The notes under the pieces: model-generated
What the model saw: only the letters and a program-made list of their open reading frames with translations
The model's database searches: none
Told to the model about the DNA's origin: nothing
Shown here: one piece after another, positions 18,622 to 25,634 of the stretch
Numbering within the stretch: position 1 is the stretch's first letter
Layout: each line of letters begins with the position of its first letter
Translations under genes and position numbers: made by a program
Source of the DNA: Pseudomonadota bacterium
GTDB taxonomy: Bacteria; Pseudomonadota; Gammaproteobacteria; Burkholderiales; Burkholderiaceae_C
Direction of reading: 5' to 3'
Assembly: GCA_040385005.1 (NCBI GenBank)
Contig: JAZKIF010000081.1
Location: 18,518 to 82,517, forward strand
DNA length: 64,000 nucleotides

Positions 18622-19788
18622 GTGAGTGAGAATGGCCGCGTGCAATCCGCCACCGCCCTCGCCGAATCGCTGGTCATCGCCGCATTGCGCGGACCCGCGC
18701 CGGCTTGGCCAAAGGAAGCGGAAGAAGCGACAGCGCGTCAAGCCCTCCGCATCGCATCGGACAACGGCGTGGCCTCCTTGTTGCACGACAAGCTCGCGGG
18801 CGGCGACTGGCCGGCCAATACACTCGACGCCCTGCGCAACCAGGCAGTGCACGCGGCGATGTGGGAGCTGAGTCACCAGCATGCGCTCGGCTTGCTCCTG
18901 AAAGCGCTCCACGAAGCCGACGTGACGCCGGTCCTCATCAAGGGCACCTCCCTGGCGTACTCACTCTATGGCAATCCTGCGCTGCGAACGCGCGGCGACA
19001 CCGACTTGCTGATCCCACTCGCCAGCCACGCGCAGGTTCACGACCTGCTGCTTGCGCAAGGCTATGAAACCCAACACGCCGTCGAGGGCGAGTTCATCAG
19101 CTACCAGGCGGCCTATGTCCTGCGCAGCCGGGATGGCGGCGAGCACACGCTGGACGTGCACTGGAAGATCAACAACTCGGAGCTGCTCTCGCACCTCTTC
19201 ACGCACGCCGAGCTTCTGCAAGATGCACAGCCACTGCCGGCCCTGTGCGCGCACGCCGTGGGCGCATCGCCCGTTCATGCGCTTCTCATTGCGTGCATGC
19301 ACCGCTCCACCCACAAGCAGAATCCCTACTACGTCAATGGTGAGCCGCACCATGACGCGGACCGCTTGATCTGGCTCTATGACATCCATCTGCTCGCCGC
19401 GTATCTGACGCGCGACGAGTGGGCGAAATTCGTGCAGCTCGCATTGCAAAAGGGACTGGCCGCCGTTTGCCTCGAAGGCATGCAGCACGCCGCCGCGCGC
19501 TTTCACACCCCCTATCCGCCCGATGTGGAACAAGCCCTGTCGCAAGCCACCAGCGAAGCGCCCTTCCGCTACCTGGCCGCGGGGCACTTCCGGCAACGCT
19601 GGATGGATTTCCTCGCGCTGGGCAGCGCGGGTCGCAGGCTGCGCTTCGCGCGGGAAGTGTTCTTCCCCGCGCCGGGTTACATGCGGGCCAAGTACCAACT
19701 CGCGCGCTGGCGTTGGCTGCCGTGGCTGTACCTGCGCCGCGCGGGCGGGGGCCTGGTCAAGTCGCTCTTGCGCCGCCACGTCGCGTGA
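18622..19788 (+). CDS. Nucleotidyltransferase family protein (NTP_transf_5-like), lasso-cluster associated
   Basis: PVLIKGTSLAYSLYGNPALRTRGDTDLLIP, LDVHW, RLIWLYDIHLL. Start uncertain (GTG 18622 or 18640). Confidence 0.85.
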   Translation: MSENGRVQSATALAESLVIAALRGPAPAWPKEAEEATARQALRIASDNGVASLLHDKLAGGDWPANTLDALRNQAVHAAMWELSHQHALGLLLKALHEADVTPVLIKGTSLAYSLYGNPALRTRGDTDLLIPLASHAQVHDLLLAQGYETQHAVEGEFISYQAAYVLRSRDGGEHTLDVHWKINNSELLSHLFTHAELLQDAQPLPALCAHAVGASPVHALLIACMHRSTHKQNPYYVNGEPHHDADRLIWLYDIHLLAAYLTRDEWAKFVQLALQKGLAAVCLEGMQHAAARFHTPYPPDVEQALSQATSEAPFRYLAAGHFRQRWMDFLALGSAGRRLRFAREVFFPAPGYMRAKYQLARWRWLPWLYLRRAGGGLVKSLLRRHVA

Positions 19789-19806
19789 GCGCGAATCGCA
19801 GGCAAG

Positions 19807-20700
19807 CTACAAGGCGTCCTTCCATTGCGGATGCCGCTGGAACCCTTCTACCAGGCGCGGCAGGTTGCGCATCAATCCGCCCAGGTGCTCGTTGAAGTTC
19901 GCCTGGTTGAAGAAGTTGTGGCTCACCGTGATCGAGTTTTCCAGCCCCAGAACCCAATGCCACCAACCCGAAGGCATGAAGAGCATGTCGCCGGGGCCGA
20001 TCGTGCCGGTATAGGCCGTCGCATTCGCGAACAGCGGGAATTCGCCGGGGTCCGCAAGCGCCGGATCGACGCGCCCGCCATAGAGAAAATCGCAATCGCC
20101 GGGTGGGAACAGCATGACGCGCTTGCGGCCACGAACCTGCGCGAGGTAGGCATGCGTGTTCCAGAAATCGCAATGCAGCGGCGAGAGCGTGCCTTCGGCG
20201 CCAACGTAGAGCGATGTGGTCTCGCGGCCGCTCACCCACTGGAAGATCTCGCGCATTTGCGGGCTGAGGGCCAATTCCCAGTCCGCGACGAAATACGGGG
20301 GCGGCTGTATTTCCTCCAGGAGTTCAGGATGCTTCTGGAACGCGAACCACCCCATGAGGTAGTAGGCCGCGCGATCCTCCTTTGCCGGGCCGTTCGCAAG
20401 CGGCCGGCCATCACCGGCATTGACCCAAAAGCCCGGCAATTCACCATCAGGTTGCTCGAGATGCCCCAGGAACGCCGACAGCTTCGTCATCTTCGCGACC
20501 GGGCTCATCAGGCCCAGCGACACCGGCACCAGGTCACCCCCGAAACGTTCGCCCAGGCTGCTGAACGACCACTCCTGCATCGCCCGCCACTGGTCCATCG
20601 CGTCGGTGACGATCACCGGCTTGCCGATCCCGTCGAGATGATCGCGCGCGAAGTCGGCCGGCGTGATTGCGCACTTGCGTTCGATCTCGATCGTGTTCAT
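19807..20700 (-). CDS. JmjC/cupin-like Fe(II)/2-oxoglutarate oxygenase
   Basis: KPVIVTDAMDQWRA, SPLHCD (HxD), QVRGRKRVMLFPP, PGDMLFMPSGWWHWV (distal His), SITVSHNF. Confidence 0.9.
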   Translation of the reverse strand: MNTIEIERKCAITPADFARDHLDGIGKPVIVTDAMDQWRAMQEWSFSSLGERFGGDLVPVSLGLMSPVAKMTKLSAFLGHLEQPDGELPGFWVNAGDGRPLANGPAKEDRAAYYLMGWFAFQKHPELLEEIQPPPYFVADWELALSPQMREIFQWVSGRETTSLYVGAEGTLSPLHCDFWNTHAYLAQVRGRKRVMLFPPGDCDFLYGGRVDPALADPGEFPLFANATAYTGTIGPGDMLFMPSGWWHWVLGLENSITVSHNFFNQANFNEHLGGLMRNLPRLVEGFQRHPQWKDAL

Positions 20701-21845
20701 GAATCGCGTCCGTACCTGACCGAGAGCGCGGCCACGTGCACCAGCGCGGCGCGGCCGTCGGCGAATCGCGAGGGGAACTGCGATGCGAGAAGGTCCGCGA
20801 TCTCACCGAGCGCGACGCGTTGCGACATCATCTCGAGCACACGCATGTCGATCTTTCCGTCCTCGCCAAGCTGCGGCACGTGCGAGGCAGATTGCCGACC
20901 CAGGCGACCGGGTACGAGCGGCATTCCAAGAAAAGTCGATTGCCGGAAATTGCCCTTCACCGCTCCCGCGCTGTCATGGAACGTGCTGTTCCATGTCCAC
21001 AGGTAGTCGCCCCCCGTGAAGCGCGCCTGCAAGCGCAAACGCACCTGGTCACCCGCCTCGAGCCGCATGGGACGAAGCCACGGGAAGAACGCCCGCCCGT
21101 ACACGAGCTCTCCCGCGCCCGCCGCATTCGAGTAGCGGACGGTATCACTGAGCTGCGCATCGAACCACATGCAAATGCCATGTGTCGTGCCGGCTTGCGC
21201 CGCCACTAGCGTGATCTCCCCTTCGGCATCCGCGTTGTCCACCGAGGCGTAATCGATCTGCGCCCAACAGGCCGGCGTCGACAGCAAATCCTTCGGCACG
21301 ACATCCGCCCGCCACCATTGGTTTGCAACCAGGCTGGACACCGGCCGCATCTCGATGCCATGCACGCCCTCGGCCCAGGGCACATTCACACGCCGATATT
21401 CCCGCTCCGATTGAACCAGCGCCGCCCACAAGGAATCCGAACGCGGCAGCAGCACGCCGCCCGGTGCGAGATGGCGCCTGCGCGCATCGGCGATGGCGTC
21501 GAGGTGCTCGCCGTGAAGCGGCAGTACGCCACGCAGATCGGACACGATGACATCCGCGCGCTCGGGCAGCGTCACGCGCGTCGAGAGCGCCTGGAAAAAT
21601 TCGATCCGCTCCGCGCAGCCATTCGCGACAGCAAGGTCCCGCGCGACCTGGATCGCATCCGACGGTTCCACGGCGAAAACGCGACGCGCGCCCAGCTTGC
21701 ATGCGAGCAGCGCAAAGATGCCGGTGCCGGTGCCGATGTCCAGCACCACCGAATCGGGCTTCACGCAATCGCGCAGCGCCTGTGCATACGCATCCATCCG
21801 GACCTTGTCGGCCATCATCTCGCCGAACTGCGCGATGCTGTACAT
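20697..21845 (-). CDS. PRMT-fold SAM-dependent methyltransferase with C-terminal wHTH/PqqD-like helices
   Basis: EMMADKVRMDAY, VLDIGTGTGIFALLACKLGARRVFAVE, LPERADVIVSDLRG, HLAPGG, HGICMWFDA (PRMT beta-barrel-like); tail LEMMSQRVALGEIADLLASQF. Confidence 0.82.
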   Translation of the reverse strand: MYSIAQFGEMMADKVRMDAYAQALRDCVKPDSVVLDIGTGTGIFALLACKLGARRVFAVEPSDAIQVARDLAVANGCAERIEFFQALSTRVTLPERADVIVSDLRGVLPLHGEHLDAIADARRRHLAPGGVLLPRSDSLWAALVQSEREYRRVNVPWAEGVHGIEMRPVSSLVANQWWRADVVPKDLLSTPACWAQIDYASVDNADAEGEITLVAAQAGTTHGICMWFDAQLSDTVRYSNAAGAGELVYGRAFFPWLRPMRLEAGDQVRLRLQARFTGGDYLWTWNSTFHDSAGAVKGNFRQSTFLGMPLVPGRLGRQSASHVPQLGEDGKIDMRVLEMMSQRVALGEIADLLASQFPSRFADGRAALVHVAALSVRYGRDS

Positions 21846-21854
21846 CCTGGTCGC

Positions 21855-22844
21855 CTATGTGCGCGAAGCCCGCACCATGCGGGCATGGTCCGCGAGGATC
21901 GCTTCGCACAGCTCGGGCAGGCGCCGCAGGTCGGCGGGCGCGCCGACGCGCCGCAGCGGCAGCTTGCGGACCATGTTCGCGGCAAGGTCGAACTCGCTCG
22001 CGCGCGCGTCCCGGTCCTGGTATTTGCTCGCGAAAGAATCCGTGATCAAGGCCATCATCGCCTCGCGCGCCGGCATGTCTTCGATCGCGACTTTGTCTGA
22101 TGCTTCGCGTCGCGGACCGAGGAAATAGATCGCGGAGAGCGGCGCGCGCGGCGGCGCCGCCTTGCCCCCGAGCAACGCCAGATCCGCCATGCGCTTGTCC
22201 CATTCCGGCGCCGCGCGCGGCAGCGCTTCCGCCGCACCGAACAGCGCGCTTGCCGAATCCGGCCACAACCGAAGCCGGGGACGCGATGCGACCATCTCGA
22301 ATGCGCCCTGCCTCGGCACGACCGGCACGAGGTCATCGGACATCACCGCATGACCGAGCCGGGAGAAGGCGGCGGCGGTCGTCGATTTGCCGGCCCCCGA
22401 AGCACCGACGAGCGCGATCGCGCCATCGCCGAGGGCAATCGCGCTCGCATGCAGGCACACGATGCCGCGCAGCCGAAGGACGACGCCCATCACCGGGCCG
22501 AGCAGGTAGCCCGCGACGTGTTCGGCCGTCAGGTCGGCGGGCCAATCCGCCCAGATGCGTCGCCCGCGCGCTTCGATCACGACCACGGCGCCGTCGTCGT
22601 AGTCGAGGCGCAGGTCATCGCTCTGCGGCAAGCGGGTCACGAATAACTCGAGGTGGCCGTCGGTAACCAGGGAGCTCACGTAGGGTTGGCGCGCCTGGGC
22701 TTCCGAGCGTGTGCCGCAGCCCGGCGGGAGTTCGCCCAGGAGGATGTCGACGTCGATGTAATTAGCGCTGGGCAGGCCGGCGAGACCAGCGAGCGGTCGA
22801 TTGGCGCGCACGCCCAATCCGTACAGGCAGGCAGTGGCTGGCAT
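21855..22844 (-). CDS. HPr kinase-like (lasso peptide kinase, PadeK-type)
   Basis: LHASAI, Walker A GASGAGKSTT, MSDDL, PRLRLWPDS; immediately downstream of the precursor. Confidence 0.87.
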   Translation of the reverse strand: MPATACLYGLGVRANRPLAGLAGLPSANYIDVDILLGELPPGCGTRSEAQARQPYVSSLVTDGHLELFVTRLPQSDDLRLDYDDGAVVVIEARGRRIWADWPADLTAEHVAGYLLGPVMGVVLRLRGIVCLHASAIALGDGAIALVGASGAGKSTTAAAFSRLGHAVMSDDLVPVVPRQGAFEMVASRPRLRLWPDSASALFGAAEALPRAAPEWDKRMADLALLGGKAAPPRAPLSAIYFLGPRREASDKVAIEDMPAREAMMALITDSFASKYQDRDARASEFDLAANMVRKLPLRRVGAPADLRRLPELCEAILADHARMVRASRT

Positions 22845-22877
22845 GAAATGATCGGGCGCTTCACCCGCAATTCAGAA

Positions 22878-23042
22878 TCAGGCCGTGGTGCCCGACATGT
22901 TGAAGCCGCCCATGCCATCGGCGTTGCCGGCGCCGGAAGACTGCGTCAACGTCCGAATGTTGCCGTACACCTGGAGTTGGGGAGCGTGGTAAGGCTTCTT
23001 CGCCGCGGGAGCGGCCGACTGTCTTTCGACTCGGGGTTCCAT
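22878..23042 (-). CDS. Lasso peptide precursor (A), 54 aa
   Basis: MEPRVERQSAAPAAKKPYHAPQLQVYGNIRTLTQ|SSGAGNADGMGGFNMSGTTA: exact YxxPxLxxxGxxxxxT leader motif, Thr at -2, Asp at core position 8; AAAGGA RBS. Alternative ATG at 23066 overlaps the cyclase stop. Confidence 0.92.
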   Translation of the reverse strand: MEPRVERQSAAPAAKKPYHAPQLQVYGNIRTLTQSSGAGNADGMGGFNMSGTTA

Positions 23043-23062
23043 GGTGCGTCCTTTCACGTTCG

Positions 23063-24898
23063 TCATTGGCCGATTCCCGCGCTTTGCAGCCAGTAGTGCA
23101 GGCTCATCACGCGCAGATCCCGCCAGGCAACATGGGGGTCGGCATCGGCGGAGTTTAGCTGAAGCCTCCCGGCATCGACGAATCTTCGCAGTGCGGGGGA
23201 CGCAGCGATAGACCCCGGCAATCGCGCCCGGTCGCGCTGCAGCATCACGGCCCACCACGGACCCAGCGGCGTCTTGGGCCGCTTCAGGACGGCTTCGGGC
23301 AACCTCCCCGCCATGGCCGTGCGCAGGATGTGCTTCTTCACGCACCACGGATAGGGCGGCAGCGCGAGGCAATACTCGACCAGGCGCACGTCCATGAGCG
23401 GGTGCCGGTACTCCATGGGCTGCAGCGTGATGCCTGCGTCATACCAATCGAAATGGTTGGACGCGCGGACGAGGTAGTCGTAGATGGCGAACGCGTTGGG
23501 CCGCAAGGGATGGTCCATCCTCGCGCGGGCCCGGTGGTTGTCCCAGCGCTCGCGCAACTTCCAGCGGCTCTCCAGCGCGGGCGAGATCCACGAGGGATAG
23601 GGCAACTCCTGCGGGCCGCCGGGCGCGCCGGGGCGGCGTCTCACCCAGTCGCGCCACGCGAGCGGCACGATCCGCCTCTGCATCGCCGCGTAGCCCAGCA
23701 TGTCCCTGGCCGCCCGGCCCCACGCGCCGCGGCGCATCAAATCGCGGAAATAAGGCTTGGGCGTTTCATTGAGCATCGCATCGCCTTCCCATCCCGTGAG
23801 GAAGACGCGGCTCTCGGCCGCGGCGTCGCGGCAGATATCGCGGCGTTGCACGTGCACCGGGTCGTGGAAGGGTTCGGACTGGCGGACATACGGTGTGTCG
23901 AAGCGGTCGAACAGCTGGAAGTCGTCCGAGGGCAGGAGGCGCAGCGCAAAGCCCGCGCTTTGCGCGACCATGGACGCGTAGCGCCCTTCCTCGTCGGGAA
24001 TCAGGTGCTCGAAGATGCCGGTGTACGCACTCAACTGGAACGGCCCGCCCTGCCTTCGCAGCAGCGCCTGCGCCGTGACGGCGACCGATGTGGAGTCCAT
24101 GCCGCCCGTCATCTCGATGCCGACGCGGTTCGTGCGCAGGCGGTCGGACACGGCGGTGTCCAACAGCTCGCGGAATCGCTCCACGTAGTCCCCTGCGGCG
24201 CGATAGGTGACCTGGATATCGCGCGGGAGCGTCCAGTACGCGCGCACGTTGAGTCCCTCTGCCGACCACGTCATGCAGTGGCCCGGCGCCAGCCGCATGA
24301 TGTCCGCGAAGACTGTCGTGTCCGGCTCGAGGTTTTCGCCGAACAGGAGGAAGTCGGCGATCGCGAGCTCGTTCAGGTCCGCAGCCACGCTCGGATGCAG
24401 GCGCACGCAGTCCAGCGTGTTGCTGAACACCAGGCAGCCGCCAGCGCGCGCATGGAAGAACGGCTTGATGCCGAAGTGGTCACGCGCGCAGAAGAGGCGG
24501 CGGCTGCGCGCATCCCAGATCCCGAAAGCGAAGTCCCCGAGAAGGTGGTGCACGCACGCTTCGCCCCACGCGTGGTAGGCATGCAAGATGAGCTCGACGT
24601 CCGGCGCGTCGCTGTTCGCATCGCGCCCCTCGCCGCGCAGCGCGGCGATCAGTTCGCCGCGCGCATCGATGCGCGCATCGGCGGTGATCCACACCTGCCC
24701 GTCGAAACTCAGGGGCTGCCGCTCGCCCCCGGATTCGAAGGTCGTGCGCAGCAGGGTGTGGCCCAACCCCACGCCGCCTCCAACCCACGTCTCCTGCGCA
24801 TCGGGTCCGCGGAACGTCATGGACTGCGTCATACGCTCCAGCGCGCCCGCATCGACACTCGCGCCGTCGACGTGCGCGATGCCGCAGATGCCACTCAC
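23063..24898 (-). CDS. Lasso peptide cyclase (C; asparagine synthetase-like)
   Basis: GTG start overlapping the B2 stop gives MSGICG, lacking the Cys-2 nucleophile of true AsnB; ARDHFGIKPF, TGGMDS PP-loop, TGWEGD, HPLMDVRLVE, RPKT. Confidence 0.9.
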   Translation of the reverse strand: MSGICGIAHVDGASVDAGALERMTQSMTFRGPDAQETWVGGGVGLGHTLLRTTFESGGERQPLSFDGQVWITADARIDARGELIAALRGEGRDANSDAPDVELILHAYHAWGEACVHHLLGDFAFGIWDARSRRLFCARDHFGIKPFFHARAGGCLVFSNTLDCVRLHPSVAADLNELAIADFLLFGENLEPDTTVFADIMRLAPGHCMTWSAEGLNVRAYWTLPRDIQVTYRAAGDYVERFRELLDTAVSDRLRTNRVGIEMTGGMDSTSVAVTAQALLRRQGGPFQLSAYTGIFEHLIPDEEGRYASMVAQSAGFALRLLPSDDFQLFDRFDTPYVRQSEPFHDPVHVQRRDICRDAAAESRVFLTGWEGDAMLNETPKPYFRDLMRRGAWGRAARDMLGYAAMQRRIVPLAWRDWVRRRPGAPGGPQELPYPSWISPALESRWKLRERWDNHRARARMDHPLRPNAFAIYDYLVRASNHFDWYDAGITLQPMEYRHPLMDVRLVEYCLALPPYPWCVKKHILRTAMAGRLPEAVLKRPKTPLGPWWAVMLQRDRARLPGSIAASPALRRFVDAGRLQLNSADADPHVAWRDLRVMSLHYWLQSAGIGQ

Positions 24899-25356
24899 CG
24901 CGCCACCGGCGATTCCGAAGTCAGTGCCTCGTCGAAGGAGTGGAAGCGTCCGCGCACGTCCGGTCCATCGATCAAGGGCTGGCCCCGGTATTCGAGCCAT
25001 GCATGCGCGTCAAGTTCGCCGCGGGCAGGAGCAACGCCGATCCGCAGATCGGTTGCGACGCCGCGCTGACCCAGCAGGCGCTTGAGCGCGAGCGCCATCG
25101 GCAGGCAGGAGGCGCAATACGGGCCGTGCCTCGCGGCCGCGGCCACGAGGCGGGCGGTGACGCTCACGACTGCGCGCGCATCGGCCGGGGGCCGCCCACG
25201 GGAGGCCTTGCTTTCAGCGAACGCGAGCATGCGCCGAACGCCCAGCACCCTCAGGCCGAGCGCCATCAAGGGAAGCATCACGAGGGCTTGGAGCAGCAGC
25301 AGGCGATGCGCGGCAGGCAGCGCACGCCACGCGGCCCATTTACTCGTCGGAGACAC
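24895..25356 (-). CDS. Lasso peptide leader peptidase (B2; transglutaminase-like)
   Basis: SCLPMALAL...LRIGVA...AHAWLE Cys-His motif; GTG start at 25356 overlapping the B1 end. Confidence 0.9.
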   Translation of the reverse strand: MSPTSKWAAWRALPAAHRLLLLQALVMLPLMALGLRVLGVRRMLAFAESKASRGRPPADARAVVSVTARLVAAAARHGPYCASCLPMALALKRLLGQRGVATDLRIGVAPARGELDAHAWLEYRGQPLIDGPDVRGRFHSFDEALTSESPVAR

Positions 25357-25621
25357 GGAGCAATCCAGCCTCGACCAGCTTCTGCGTGAAAGCGCGAAGA
25401 TCGGCTTCCAGGCGTTCGCGGTCCACCTCATATTCGGCGGCGAGCAACTCGCACGCGGACTCGACGCTGGGCGTGGTGGTGAGCGCCACCCACATGCGGC
25501 TGCCGACGTCGTCGAGGCCGAAGTAGGTTTCGGTCGCGAGGTCGAGCAATACCGACTCGCCCTGCATCTCACGCACCAGGACGCCGTCGGGAATGGAAAT
25601 GCGCGATTGCGCTGATGGCAT
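25340..25621 (-). CDS. PqqD-family RiPP recognition element (lasso B1/E)
   Basis: VLVREMQGESVLLDLATETYFGLDDVGSRMW...LAAEYEVDRERLEADLRAFTQKLVEAGLL; 93 aa. Confidence 0.93.
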   Translation of the reverse strand: MPSAQSRISIPDGVLVREMQGESVLLDLATETYFGLDDVGSRMWVALTTTPSVESACELLAAEYEVDRERLEADLRAFTQKLVEAGLLRVSDE

Positions 25622-25634
25622 GATTCAGAACTCG

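Noticed and set aside
23063-24898. Third ordinary asparagine synthetase
   Set aside because: It lacks the N-terminal Cys nucleophile and sits between the B2 peptidase and the precursor, so lasso cyclase fits better.
25340-25621. PQQ biosynthesis gene pqqD
   Set aside because: No pqqA/B/C/E nearby; context identifies it as the lasso RRE.
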